A stretch of 64,000 bases of DNA from Candidatus Poribacteria bacterium (GTDB taxonomy: Bacteria > Poribacteria > WGA-4E > WGA-3G). Shown here piece by piece: positions 30,732 to 40,894 of this stretch. Position 1 is the stretch's first letter. Every line of letters begins with the position of its first letter. A model generated the notes under the pieces. It saw nothing but the letters and a program-made list of their open reading frames with translations, ran no database searches and had not been told where the DNA came from. The stretch is from assembly GCA_965205025.1 (NCBI GenBank), contig CBDBFU010000032.1, positions 1 to 64,000 on the forward strand. Reading direction: 5' to 3'. The position numbers and the translations under genes are program-made.

Positions 30732-32270
30732 ATGAACCCAGTCAAAAAAGGTATCCGTCTATGGCCTTTATATATCATCGTTAGTCTCACCTTTTTAGCG
30801 ATTGTATTGGTGTGGTTGATGGATGCTGGTCACCGTCAAAACCAAGTTGCACTTACTGTATTAATATTCATCATTACAGCTTTTTTGGGAATATCTTGGT
30901 TGCTGGGTTTATCCCGATTGACCTGGAAAACCAAACTTAAATCTTTTGCTGTCATTTGCATTAGCATAGTGGCATTTATCTTCCTGTTTCAATTTGATGG
31001 TTTCAGTGGTGATTTGGTTCCAAAATTTGAATTGAGATGGGTTGCGCGAACTATACCTCCTTCTTCGTTGTCTTATGCACAGGTTACAACCGATGCACAA
31101 GACACATCCGATCAACTTTCGACTGATTTTCCACAATTCCTTGGACCAGACAGAAACGCTACAATCACAGGTATAAAACTCAACACAGATTGGAAAAATA
31201 ACCCTCCAGAATTGATTTGGCGAATTCCTGTTGGTGCCGGATGGTCAGGTTTTGCTGTTGTAGGAAACTCGGCAATCACCCAAGAACAGGAAGATGAGTG
31301 GGAAAAAGTCGTCTGCTATGACCTATACACAGGTAAAGAAAAATGGACTCACCGAGATAGAGCGCGTTACTACACATCCCTTGGTGGACTTGGACCCCGC
31401 GCAACACCTACAATTGATGGTAATCATGTCTATACAGTAGGTGCAACAGGTATCCTCAATTGTTTAGATTTTGAATCCGGCAGACTGATTTGGTCAACGA
31501 ATATCTTCATAGAAAACAACGTAAAGGCACCACATTGGGGTGTAAGTGTTTCCCCTCTAATCGTAAAAGATTTGCTTATTGTCAGTGCTGGAGGTGCAGT
31601 AGCATATCATAAAGAAACCGGTAAAATAGCGTGGACAGGACATAGAGTTAAGAGTGCATATAGTTCACCAGTACTACTAACTTTAGCGGATACCGAACAA
31701 GTTGTGTTATTTGACCACGGACTTATCACATCACATCAACCATCTACAGGAAAACTGTTATGGAAACAATCATGGCCCTCAAGTGGTGTTGAAATTGCCG
31801 CACAACCAACGCCGCTTCCAGGGGATAAACTCCTTGTTTCAACTGCTTATGGAATTGGCGCAAAATTATTTCAGATATCAAAGGGTAACCAGTCAGATAC
31901 ATTCATCGTTGATTTATTATGGGAAACAATACGCTTCAAAGCAAAATTTACAACGATAATTCATTACGAAAACTATTTATACGGTCTTGACGATGGTATA
32001 TTCGCATGTATTGACCCATCTGATGGTTCGCGTCAATGGAAAAAGGGACGTTATGGTCATGGACAAACACTTCTAATCGGAGATGTCCTCTTGGTTCTTA
32101 CAGAATCTGGAGAGATTGTGTTACTCAAACCAGACCCTGAAAAACATAATCAGCTGGCACAAATCCAAGGCATAACTGGACAGACATGGAACAATCCTGC
32201 CATTGCAGGAAATCTTCTACTCGTACGTAATAGTCAAGAAGCCGCATGCTATCGATTACAGACTGAGTAA
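30732..32270 (+). CDS. Membrane-anchored PQQ-like (BamB-type) beta-propeller protein
   Basis: Three N-terminal TM segments; FPQFLGPDRN, GPRATP, YSSP and TWNNPAIAG. Confidence 0.88.
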   Translation: MNPVKKGIRLWPLYIIVSLTFLAIVLVWLMDAGHRQNQVALTVLIFIITAFLGISWLLGLSRLTWKTKLKSFAVICISIVAFIFLFQFDGFSGDLVPKFELRWVARTIPPSSLSYAQVTTDAQDTSDQLSTDFPQFLGPDRNATITGIKLNTDWKNNPPELIWRIPVGAGWSGFAVVGNSAITQEQEDEWEKVVCYDLYTGKEKWTHRDRARYYTSLGGLGPRATPTIDGNHVYTVGATGILNCLDFESGRLIWSTNIFIENNVKAPHWGVSVSPLIVKDLLIVSAGGAVAYHKETGKIAWTGHRVKSAYSSPVLLTLADTEQVVLFDHGLITSHQPSTGKLLWKQSWPSSGVEIAAQPTPLPGDKLLVSTAYGIGAKLFQISKGNQSDTFIVDLLWETIRFKAKFTTIIHYENYLYGLDDGIFACIDPSDGSRQWKKGRYGHGQTLLIGDVLLVLTESGEIVLLKPDPEKHNQLAQIQGITGQTWNNPAIAGNLLLVRNSQEAACYRLQTE

Positions 32271-32314
32271 ATGAAATTATAGACCTTCTATTTTCAAGAC
32301 TTTTTACCACTCAA

Positions 32315-33262
32315 ATGGATCATCATATTAAAAGAGGAATACAAATACTGATGAATGCATATTTAATCAACTTTTTCAGAATCTTTATTGTATGTGTACT
32401 CGGTATCTCACTTTCCGGTATAACAACAGCATCTGCTACCAAAGACAAGTCGATTGATTCACCCCTTGAACAACAAATTGATGATTTCGTTAAGCAATAC
32501 CGAAGAAAGAATAAGCTGACCTACACCGATAAGACCAGTTTTGTTGTCTACGATCTATATCGTAATAAGAAATTAGTATCAATTAATGAAGATACGGAAA
32601 GAATGGCAGCCTCGTTAATTAAGAATTTTGTCATGCTTGTATATTTCCATGAAGTTAAGCAAGGACGTTTAGTCCATACGAATACGAATCGTCGCCACCT
32701 AAAAAGAATGATTGAGGTAAGCTCAAATACCTCAACCAACTATTTTATTAACCTAATTGGAAGTCCATACAAGGTTAACAGGATTCTAAAAGCCAATTAC
32801 GGCTATTTTAAACAGACACGAATTGTAGAGAGAATACCCACAACAGGAAGGACATATAAAAATACCACAAGTGCGAAGGACTTGAACAATTTCTATGTAC
32901 AGTTGTGGAATAATAAATTACCATACACAGATAAAATGAAATGGTATCTTGGACTCCAAAACGGAGATTATATCTATAAACGCACGAGTATCCCGTCATC
33001 TGTAAAGGTTTACAATAAAACAGGAACTGTTTACGGATTAATCGGCGATAGTGGTATCTTAGTTCTTCGTGATCCAAAGGGGAATCCGAGACCTTATGTC
33101 TTTACCGGAATGATTGAAGACAAGACGAAAACTAACTATCGTAGACGACGCATATCATTTGGGGCATGGGTTGGAAACCGAGCTAATATCCTTAGACGGG
33201 TTTCTGAAAGAGTATATGATTATATAGACAATTCCTACGGTGGGAACTTTATTTTACGGTAA
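32315..33262 (+). CDS. Class A beta-lactamase-like / PBP serine hydrolase
   Basis: SxxK (ASLIK), SxN (SSN) and KTG motifs; signal peptide; exact start uncertain. Confidence 0.8.
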   Translation: MDHHIKRGIQILMNAYLINFFRIFIVCVLGISLSGITTASATKDKSIDSPLEQQIDDFVKQYRRKNKLTYTDKTSFVVYDLYRNKKLVSINEDTERMAASLIKNFVMLVYFHEVKQGRLVHTNTNRRHLKRMIEVSSNTSTNYFINLIGSPYKVNRILKANYGYFKQTRIVERIPTTGRTYKNTTSAKDLNNFYVQLWNNKLPYTDKMKWYLGLQNGDYIYKRTSIPSSVKVYNKTGTVYGLIGDSGILVLRDPKGNPRPYVFTGMIEDKTKTNYRRRRISFGAWVGNRANILRRVSERVYDYIDNSYGGNFILR

Positions 33263-33282
33263 ATGTCTATTACAGGTGTTCT

Positions 33283-33918
33283 ATGGCATCTATAGTCGAT
33301 ATTGGGAGAAGGGTAGAACTTGTTCCAATTGATACACACTTCAAGGATATTACAATAGGGCTCTATCGCGACCAACAAGAGGATCGTACTGTTTATCGTG
33401 TCCATACCTACAGTCGTTTAGAGGGTGTTCAAGAACGAATCCAAAATGTCATTCAGTCAATGCAAACCTTAGGGGGTATGGAAACATCTGACGAACTTCT
33501 CTACTTTCCTTGCGGTGAAGGACATCAAGCTGCTTGTCGCCGAGTTTTTTTAGAAGCCTGTAAGCTTCCACAAGACTCCCCAGCAGAACAACGACCATTG
33601 AATACACTGGATAAGAAATCTAAACTAACTATTACTGTAAATTCATTAGGGAGCGGTATCTATAAGGTAGCTGCAAATGGAGAAGGACGCAGTGCTGAAC
33701 GGAGAGTCTCTGCTATTACAGGTGGATTAATGAAGTTAGGAGAGATGGAACCCGTGAAGGATAATGAGAACGATTCAGTCTCATTATCCTGCGGTTATTC
33801 TCACGATGCCCTTATCGGACTATTATTAGTTCGCGCCCCAAATGTGCGAGTTATTCTACGAGAAGATGAAGCAAGTGCATCTCGGGGCGTCTTAAGTGCT
33901 CCCAGTCAGCAGACATAG
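33283..33918 (+). CDS. Hypothetical protein
   Basis: 211-aa ORF co-oriented in an operon-like arrangement; no family recognised. Confidence 0.65.
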   Translation: MASIVDIGRRVELVPIDTHFKDITIGLYRDQQEDRTVYRVHTYSRLEGVQERIQNVIQSMQTLGGMETSDELLYFPCGEGHQAACRRVFLEACKLPQDSPAEQRPLNTLDKKSKLTITVNSLGSGIYKVAANGEGRSAERRVSAITGGLMKLGEMEPVKDNENDSVSLSCGYSHDALIGLLLVRAPNVRVILREDEASASRGVLSAPSQQT

Positions 33919-33960
33919 AATATTTGAAGAAATGCTATAGATAAACGGGATATCAAACCT

Positions 33961-34974
33961 ATGAATGGACGAGAACGCGTCTTAGCTGCCCTCCGGAATG
34001 AACCCACTGATCGAACCCCAGTTTGCAATCCTACCTCCGTTGCTACTGTGGAATTGATGGATCTGGTCGATGCACCTTTTCCACAAGCCAATCGTGATCC
34101 GGAATTGATGGCACGGCTTGCAGCAACAGGTTATACAGAACTCGGTTTTGATACCATAATGCCAGTTTTCACTATCATTCAAGAGTCCAGCGCACTCGGA
34201 TGCAAAATTCAGTGGGAACAGAAGGACAACTGGCCAACCGTCAGAATGCGTGAACCTATATGGGAAGATGTTGATGATATTACTATCCCAAGCGACTTCT
34301 TAACCCATCCAGATACACAATGTGTCCTTGAAGCCATAAAGATTCTAAAAAAAGAATATGGTGATGAAGTGGCTGTTATTGGTAAAACAATGGGACCTTG
34401 GTCACTCGGATACCACTGCTTTGGTGTTGAACCTTTCCTATTACTTTCTCTTGATGATCCAGGTAAAACGAAACTTGCATTAGACCGTATGAAAGAGGCT
34501 ACTGTAGAATTCGGTATTGCGCAAATAGAAGCCGGTGCAGATGCCCTCACTCTTCCAGACCATGCAACAGGTGATCTTGTCAGTGGTGAATACTACGAAC
34601 GATATCTACGCGACTTACATATTGAATTCGTAGATCGAATACCTATCCCTCTTATACTACATATTTGTGGACGTACAGTTGATCGCATGGAATATATTGC
34701 ACAAACAGGTATGGCAGCTTTCCACTTCGACTCAAAAAATGAACCGAAAGAATCAATGGATATCGTAGAGAAACGGATCGCGCTGGTTGGTAATATCAAC
34801 AATCCTGAAACTCTTTTCGCCAAAGACCCCGAAGATGTTAAGGCAGAAGTCGTTAAAAATCTTGAAGCAGGTGTACCACTAATCGGTCCTGAATGTGCTA
34901 TCCCCCTCCAAACAACAATCGAAAACCTTCAAGAAATCCCAAAAGCCGTTCAGGAATGGCACCGTAATCAATGA
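33961..34974 (+). CDS. MtaA/CmuA-family methyltransferase (URO-D superfamily)
   Basis: ERVLAAL...DRTPV, GPWSL, LHICG, LVGNINN and GPECAIP. Confidence 0.88.
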   Translation: MNGRERVLAALRNEPTDRTPVCNPTSVATVELMDLVDAPFPQANRDPELMARLAATGYTELGFDTIMPVFTIIQESSALGCKIQWEQKDNWPTVRMREPIWEDVDDITIPSDFLTHPDTQCVLEAIKILKKEYGDEVAVIGKTMGPWSLGYHCFGVEPFLLLSLDDPGKTKLALDRMKEATVEFGIAQIEAGADALTLPDHATGDLVSGEYYERYLRDLHIEFVDRIPIPLILHICGRTVDRMEYIAQTGMAAFHFDSKNEPKESMDIVEKRIALVGNINNPETLFAKDPEDVKAEVVKNLEAGVPLIGPECAIPLQTTIENLQEIPKAVQEWHRNQ

Positions 34975-35097
34975 ACTCATGGCGAATTAAAGCTAATACC
35001 ATATCTAAAAATGTCTATCCGATGAACAGTTGTTATACCATTTTCAATTGATAGATTTACATTATGATTTACGTGATACAAGGTTTATATATATTAT

Positions 35098-35176
35098 GAG
35101 TCCCGTAGGGACGAAATGTCTATAGAAAAAGTGTTTATCCATTATCTTGAGTCCCGTAGGGACGGAATGTCTATAT
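35098..35176 (+). repeat. Tandem REP doublet
   Basis: GAGTCCCGTAGGGACG(A/G)AATGTCTATA twice at ~51-bp spacing; same doublet at 57425-57502. Confidence 0.85.
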
Positions 35177-35186
35177 CAACATATAG

Positions 35187-35354
35187 ATGGATATTGTGAA
35201 TGGAAAAAGTGTTAATATTTATCGTTTTGAGATGATAGCACTTTCACGGAAACCTTCACGGAGCAATTTTACGAGCCCTTATTCTATAAGGGTTTATAAT
35301 TTTAAGTATACCGATTCTCCGTGAATCACATTCGTTAATATTAATATAACTTAA
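35187..35354. repeat. ~170-bp dispersed non-coding repeat, copy 2 (inverted relative to 12-178)
   Basis: Reverse complement of window positions 12-178. Confidence 0.9.
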
Positions 35355-35456
35355 GTATGAACGGAATGCATCTTTGGTTTTCATCTGATACCATTTCAAT
35401 TAATGTTTATCCCATGAACAGTTGTTATGTATGTCTTGAAATACTGCACAAACTGG

Positions 35457-35552
35457 ATGAAGATTAAATAAATATTTCGGTAATCCATCCCATAAAATTA
35501 TCGTAGGGACGGGATTTCCCCGTCCGTATATAGCCGAATTAATAAATTAATC
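35457..35552. mobile_element. Partial copy of the REP-inserted MITE
   Basis: GCACAAACTGG|ATGAAGATTAA...TTCGGTAAT...GTAGGGACGGGATTTCCCCGTCC...GCCGAAT...TTAATC; right end truncated. Confidence 0.6.
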
Positions 35553-35738
35553 ACTGAACACGTCATCTGCCAAATACAACATACCAACACCAACAACGGC
35601 AGTTAAAGGATAAAACCATTTTCTAAACTTCTTGAATTTTAGTTCCGTTCCATGTTGCTTTGATCTCATAACTTCCATTCTGGATAACATACTATCTCTT
35701 GTAGATGAATCAGCCAAATGATTGACAGGCCTTACCAT
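35547..35738 (-). CDS. Small hypothetical membrane protein or gene fragment
   Basis: Basic stretch followed by a hydrophobic segment (KFKKFRKWFYPLTAVVGVGMLYL); start uncertain. Confidence 0.35.
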   Translation of the reverse strand: MVRPVNHLADSSTRDSMLSRMEVMRSKQHGTELKFKKFRKWFYPLTAVVGVGMLYLADDVFSD

Positions 35739-36615
35739 CCTCGTTGATATTTGACATATTAATTAGGTCAAAAGGGATTCCATCTTCTCTTGCTAATCGA
35801 TATAGAGCAAGTTTACATTTTTCAATATCTCGCATCCAAATCCCAAGTTGAGATTTGGCTTCCAATTCGACATAGTACTGATCTCTGTTTAAGCTACCAG
35901 GTCGAAGATTTTCCATTATATTGAGATAGGTTTCGTATTCGTTCTTTTCTATAGGGACACCTAACTCAATCTTTTCCATAAAATCAGCAACTATATGAAC
36001 ATCAGGTATATCACCGTATTCTTTGATAAGTCGTACGCGATTATATTCTGTCCATGCTTCTGGGTCTTCCTTTCTGATTTTCGCTACCGCACTTTGTTCA
36101 TCATAATAAGTTGTCCTGTGAAATAATGGTATTTCTTTTGTATCTGTACCCTTGATCGGACTCTCAGGAAATAAGTAGTTGTGAGCTTGAACAACAGCTC
36201 TTAGTTCGTCATCTGTTAAAACAATACTGAATGCCCTTTTAAGAGGATAATCTGCAAGGACATGCACCTGTTCGATGTCTCCGAAACGCTTGATGAGTGA
36301 TGCACGAAAGTATTCAGTGTATAGAATAAAGTCATCTGTATGTTCATAGATTTCATTTAGGTCAAGGATGACAGGTATACTTCCTATACTAAGTAGGTGT
36401 CGTGCATAAGCAGCACGTTCCACTGGATCTCTTGTCTTTTCCCAATCTCTTGGTACTCCGACTTCTAAATTCTCAAGTTTTTCAACAAAAGATGCAATCC
36501 TTAGTAACGGATCAGTTTCATGTTCAATTGGTGTCGGTGTGTCTTCCATTTCACCACAACTGAAGATGAATAAGATAATGGGTAACCATGCAAGTTGTAA
36601 TAAGTACTTTTTCAT
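35710..36615 (-). CDS. Uncharacterised lipoprotein with an internal repeat
   Basis: Lipobox IFSC; EYFRASLIKRFGDIEQVHVLADY repeats as EYNRVRLIKEYGDIPDVHIVADF. Confidence 0.8.
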   Translation of the reverse strand: MKKYLLQLAWLPIILFIFSCGEMEDTPTPIEHETDPLLRIASFVEKLENLEVGVPRDWEKTRDPVERAAYARHLLSIGSIPVILDLNEIYEHTDDFILYTEYFRASLIKRFGDIEQVHVLADYPLKRAFSIVLTDDELRAVVQAHNYLFPESPIKGTDTKEIPLFHRTTYYDEQSAVAKIRKEDPEAWTEYNRVRLIKEYGDIPDVHIVADFMEKIELGVPIEKNEYETYLNIMENLRPGSLNRDQYYVELEAKSQLGIWMRDIEKCKLALYRLAREDGIPFDLINMSNINEDGKACQSFG

Positions 36616-36631
36616 TTATTATCCTTTTATT

Positions 36632-37208
36632 TACTATAGTTTGGACAATTTTAGTGACAAGAAGCGGAAAAGAGGTTATCCTTTCAAAAAACACTAACAA
36701 CTTGAAAGGATCAACAAATGTAACCTCTTTCCCTCTTAGATGATATGTTATCAAAATTTATGGTACATTTCAAACACAATAACTTTACTCATTTTCGCAA
36801 CTTTGTCTTAGGATTGATCAATAATCCATACCCCGCGCAACAGTGTCTAATGTGTATCAATCCGGTGTCAAATACAAGTCGTATTGGGCACAGTTGAAGT
36901 TTCTTTCTCGTGGCAAATGGTGTGTTGATAAGGTTTCTACTTTTCTGACACAACTCGTTCAAACGATCTATAACAAGGTGTTTATGTCTATGATGAAACA
37001 CACGCTATCAAAACGGGTCGTAAACAATATGGGCTACATCTGTACGGACATCAGTTCGGTGCGCTCGGTTGGCTTTGTAAAACACCTATGGGACACGCAT
37101 TTTCCCGCTCTGTGTGCGCGTGATGTGCCCAAACACAAAAGATACAAGTCTGTCAGTAATACTTGAAAACTCAACTTGAAATGGACATAAATTGTCCAAA
37201 CTTTAGTA
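36632..37208 (+). mobile_element. Internally deleted IS701-like element (non-autonomous)
   Basis: 19-bp inverted repeats TACTATAGTTTGGACAATT / AATTGTCCAAACTTTAGTA; frameshifted transposase pieces from ATG 36745: MLSKF...FRNFVLGL, LKFLSRGKW and YVYDETHAIKTGRKQYGLH. Confidence 0.65.
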
Positions 37209-37297
37209 AAAGCAATTAGTGTATCAATTAAAACGAATTCTAATCTACCTACCTTCAAATTGCAAACAAGTTTTCAACACATAAAATCAAGTAAAAT

Positions 37298-38089
37298 TCA
37301 TTGGGTTCGGCACACACCAATAAGGTCTAACCCATGGTGAAGTTGCGTATCTGATACATGAAAATCTGATAATGTGATATTGGATATTAAGCTATCGTGA
37401 GTTGCTTTCATAAATGATTTTAACATTTTTCCACCAATATTAAAGCAGGATTGCAGCAGGCGTTTAGGAAGCCACTTACGCATTTTCAGGATATCCCACC
37501 TGAATATTTGCTGGACATACCGTGCTCGAATGTTTTGAAATTGTTGAACTTTTTCGCGGGCATGAAGTGCGTAAAGTGTTACATTTTTAAAACAGGATGA
37601 AAGGAGTTTGCGATATTCGTCAACGGAATACTCCCGTTCATGATAGGGCCACTCTATACCAGTAGCACTTCGAAAAGGTGAATAACGGTTTGGGGTAGAA
37701 ATCAACAGTATACCTGACTTTGATAGAAGTTTACTTATATCCGCTAATAAACGGGTCGGTTCTTTTAGATGTTCAATGACGTGAAAACAACAGACGATAT
37801 CAAACGTTTTGTGGGTATATTTTGAAAGATTCTCAACATGTTGAACGTCAAAACTAAGGTTTGGTAGGGGATATTTTCGTTGTGCTTCTTGAATAGATTT
37901 CTTATCTTTATCAATAGCCAAAACATCTTTGGCGTGTTGTGCTAACAGGTGTGCTCCATATCCTTCACCGCACCCAATATCTAATACATTCATTGCTTTT
38001 ATGAATTGCGTTGCATATTCATAAACAGCGCGATATTGACAATAAAAAGGATGATTTATTTTTTGAGATGGATCAGTTCTTTCTGCCAT
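37298..38089 (-). CDS. Class I SAM-dependent methyltransferase
   Basis: VLDIGCGEGYG, FHVIEHL, LLISTPN and HEREYS. Confidence 0.92.
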   Translation of the reverse strand: MAERTDPSQKINHPFYCQYRAVYEYATQFIKAMNVLDIGCGEGYGAHLLAQHAKDVLAIDKDKKSIQEAQRKYPLPNLSFDVQHVENLSKYTHKTFDIVCCFHVIEHLKEPTRLLADISKLLSKSGILLISTPNRYSPFRSATGIEWPYHEREYSVDEYRKLLSSCFKNVTLYALHAREKVQQFQNIRARYVQQIFRWDILKMRKWLPKRLLQSCFNIGGKMLKSFMKATHDSLISNITLSDFHVSDTQLHHGLDLIGVCRTQ

Positions 38090-38228
38090 GTAGCAACTCC
38101 TAAAAGATGTTATAGCATTTTTATAAATGTTTATACCATGAACAGATGTTATACATGGATTGAAATACTAATGTAAGAATTGGGGGTCGGAATTCCTATA
38201 AGTGTCAATTTAGTGCATCTCCAGTATC

Positions 38229-38255
38229 GGTAGCTTCGGTTTCCTAACCGAAGCG
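38229..38255 (+). repeat. GTAG-type REP hairpin
   Basis: GGTAGCTTCGGTTTCCTAACCGAAGC. Confidence 0.7.
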
Positions 38256-38319
38256 GAATTACGCGAGGACCTTCAATCAAAAGGATTCTCACAAATCCGG
38301 TGCGGTTGGGAAACCGCAC

Positions 38320-39774
38320 CATAGGCGTCAATTTAGCGGTTTTTTGTAGCATTTTCAAGATATTCCAATGTTGTTTTTCTATTAGCTCTTCTTTCAATGT
38401 AGCACCCGTTTTCGAATACTTGTTTTATCTCATCAAATGTCTCTCTAAGATGTCTCTTTGACTTGCGAAAGCTTATTGTGATTGTGCGTGTGTAGGACGT
38501 AATAAGCTCTACTGTTTTCGATAAACTATGCCGTAAACATCGCCATCCTATGACCAACATCACCCAATGCCGAATGATTGCAGCGATCAGTTTAGCATAT
38601 ATTTCACATAGAATACGATACGGTTTTTTACTTCGTGATGTGTCTACTTTTCCAAGGCTTTTAAAGCACTTAAATATCAACTCGATCTGCCATCGAATCC
38701 GCGCAATGACACATATCTGTTCAGCGGTGAGTTGATCCGTTCCAATATTTGTAATGTAGATATTCCAACCTGCGAGTTGGAGTCGTGCCTGTGATGCTTG
38801 TGTATGCTTTCGTTTAGCACGATAGTTGATATCTCGTCGTCGTTTTTCGGTTTCTTCTTCGGAGAGTCTCTGAGCTACTAATCTTACTTTCATCCGCTTT
38901 TTTGAACCTATGAAAATATCTGTTTCGATAATGTTTTCGGTCTGAAACTTGAGCCATTTATGTAAACAAAGAGGCTTTCCTGTATTGTCAAAAACCGAAC
39001 ACCTAACTTTATACCGTGAAATCCAAAAGACCCCTTCGTCCGTAAGTTCTTGAAGGGTTTGTAGCGAAAAATAACCGAGATCCGCAAGGCGTAAACTCCC
39101 TTGGGGGAGCCGGTCAATCTGTTTTTCTACAGTGCTATCAGCGGTGATGCCGTTGGTGAGTTGAAAGTGTTCGAATGTCCCTGTAGCAACATCGAAGCGT
39201 AGATGGAGTTTCAGTTCGGATTTGTTCGGATAATCCTTTTTACTGGCACCTTCCCAAATATCGTGAAGCGTATCAGGGAGTGTTATCCAGGAACTATCTT
39301 GTATATAGATACCGTTGAACTGTTCAAGGAGTGGGAGAACTTGTGGATCCGCAGAAATCACTTCGGACGCAGCCGCGTCAAGGATTGCTTTGAGGGTTTG
39401 TGCAGCTTCAGCAGTAAATCGTTGTTCAATCGCTTGTCGTGAGATTGGAGTACCGAGAGAAGCAGCAGTATGTGTAAGTTGAGTATAGGTGGCATCAGGA
39501 TTTTCTAACCAACTATAAATAAGTGTCTGAGCAAAATGACTCCCCGCAAGTTTTCGATTTCTTTTGCAAAATCCTGTTTCAAGGGCTGCTTCATCAGCAA
39601 TGGTTGTTAGAATCTGTTGCATTTTTTCAGGAACCTGTGATAATGTATTCATTGGAAACACCTCTTGTATAAAGTAAAAGGTAATATTTTTATACATTAT
39701 ATAGGAGGTGTTTTCACTTAACAATAATTATTATTGAAAAATCAGACATCCTTTTTCTAAAATTGACGCCTATA
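38320..39774 (-). mobile_element. IS4-family insertion sequence, full length
   Basis: Inverted repeats CATAGGCGTCAATTT / AAATTGACGCCTATA; flanked by the 20-bp direct repeat GTGCGGTTGGGAAACCGCAC at 38300-38319 and 39775-39794. Confidence 0.9.
38333..39652 (-). CDS. IS4-family DDE transposase
   Basis: IQDSS, ADLGYFS, ITN and RWQIELIFK motifs; probable start MNTLSQV at 39652 after GAGG. Confidence 0.93.
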   Translation of the reverse strand: MNTLSQVPEKMQQILTTIADEAALETGFCKRNRKLAGSHFAQTLIYSWLENPDATYTQLTHTAASLGTPISRQAIEQRFTAEAAQTLKAILDAAASEVISADPQVLPLLEQFNGIYIQDSSWITLPDTLHDIWEGASKKDYPNKSELKLHLRFDVATGTFEHFQLTNGITADSTVEKQIDRLPQGSLRLADLGYFSLQTLQELTDEGVFWISRYKVRCSVFDNTGKPLCLHKWLKFQTENIIETDIFIGSKKRMKVRLVAQRLSEEETEKRRRDINYRAKRKHTQASQARLQLAGWNIYITNIGTDQLTAEQICVIARIRWQIELIFKCFKSLGKVDTSRSKKPYRILCEIYAKLIAAIIRHWVMLVIGWRCLRHSLSKTVELITSYTRTITISFRKSKRHLRETFDEIKQVFENGCYIERRANRKTTLEYLENATKNR

Positions 39775-39853
39775 GTGCGGTTGGGAAACCGCACCTACCG
39801 GCCTGGGGGTGGGAAAGATCGAGGATCGGAATCTACTCCTAATAGAACTAAAA

Positions 39854-39877
39854 GCACAAACTGGAAGTTTATGCTAC
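39854..39877 (-). repeat. GTAG-type REP hairpin (uninterrupted member of the MITE target family)
   Basis: Minus strand reads GTAGCATAAACTTCCAGTTTGTGC. Confidence 0.75.
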
Positions 39878-39901
39878 ATCAAAGAGATCTTTGAATGTGA
39901 C

Positions 39902-40894
39902 TTAGGATTTTCCATCATTCTGGTTAATATTATGCTTTGAAAGTTCATTTTCAGATTGTATGCGGCGTTCAAACCGAGATATAAGACCAATAATCAACTC
40001 TCCCAGTAGTCCGATAGAAAAAAACTGTGCACCAAGGATTAACATCAAAACAGAAAGCATAAGCAAGGGGCGAAAACCTACACCACCTTCTATAAACCAC
40101 ACAAAAGCAAGGTAGATCCCGATTAGCATACCGATAAAAGTGACAATTGCACCAATCATGCCAAAAACATGTAAAGGACGTTTAAGGTATTTTGTGATAA
40201 ACAACACTGTGAGTAGATCAAAGAATCCTTTTGGTATCCGCTTTAACCCGTACTTAGAAACGCCAAAACGGCGTGGATGATGTTTTACTTTGACTTCACC
40301 AACCCGATAGCCTGCTTGATGTGCCAATATAGGTATATACCGATGCAGGTCTCCGTAGAGGTGAAGTTCTTTAGCAACTTCTTTCCGATATGCCTTGAAC
40401 CCACAGTTCATGTCGTGAAGTTTTACACCGGTGAACCAAGCGGTAACGTTATTGAAAATGAAAGAGAAGGCGCGCTTTTCAAAGGGATCTTTCCGTGGAA
40501 ATTTCCACCCAGAAATGACATCGTAGGCACCGTTGTGAAGTGCGTCTAACAACTTGGGAATTTCCTCTGGGTCATCCTGTAGATCAGCGTCCATAGTGAT
40601 AACAATGTCTCCTGTCGCTGCAGCGAACCCCGCGGTGAGTGCTTCTGCTTTGCCCTGATTACGTTTGAAATGGATAATCTGAATTGGAGACAATTGTGCA
40701 GATGCAGCGAGAGCTTCCAACACCTCCGCAGTCGTATCGGTGCTGCCATCGTTGATAAAAACGACTTCTGCATTGTAGGAATGCGTTTTCAGGGTAAGTT
40801 CAATCTGCTGTAGTAAAACAGGAAGCGATTCCTCTTCATTGTATGCTGGGATAACAATTGATAATTGAGGGTCGTTATGTATTTCTTTTGACAT
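39902..40894 (-). CDS. GT2 polyprenol-phosphate glycosyltransferase (DPM/ArnC-like)
   Basis: VIPAYNE, NDGSTD, MDADLQDDP, DMNCGFK and two C-terminal TM segments. Confidence 0.93.
   Translation of the reverse strand: MSKEIHNDPQLSIVIPAYNEEESLPVLLQQIELTLKTHSYNAEVVFINDGSTDTTAEVLEALAASAQLSPIQIIHFKRNQGKAEALTAGFAAATGDIVITMDADLQDDPEEIPKLLDALHNGAYDVISGWKFPRKDPFEKRAFSFIFNNVTAWFTGVKLHDMNCGFKAYRKEVAKELHLYGDLHRYIPILAHQAGYRVGEVKVKHHPRRFGVSKYGLKRIPKGFFDLLTVLFITKYLKRPLHVFGMIGAIVTFIGMLIGIYLAFVWFIEGGVGFRPLLMLSVLMLILGAQFFSIGLLGELIIGLISRFERRIQSENELSKHNINQNDGKS

Noticed and set aside
32315-33262. Antibiotic-resistance beta-lactamase
   Set aside because: SxxK/SxN/KTG motifs are shared with PBP-like hydrolases, and I could not identify the class A omega-loop Glu motif
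35098-35176. Repeat-spacer-repeat pattern (also 57425-57502) as a mini-CRISPR
   Set aside because: Only two units per locus, short spacers, the same doublet at dispersed loci and no cas genes; fits REP doublets
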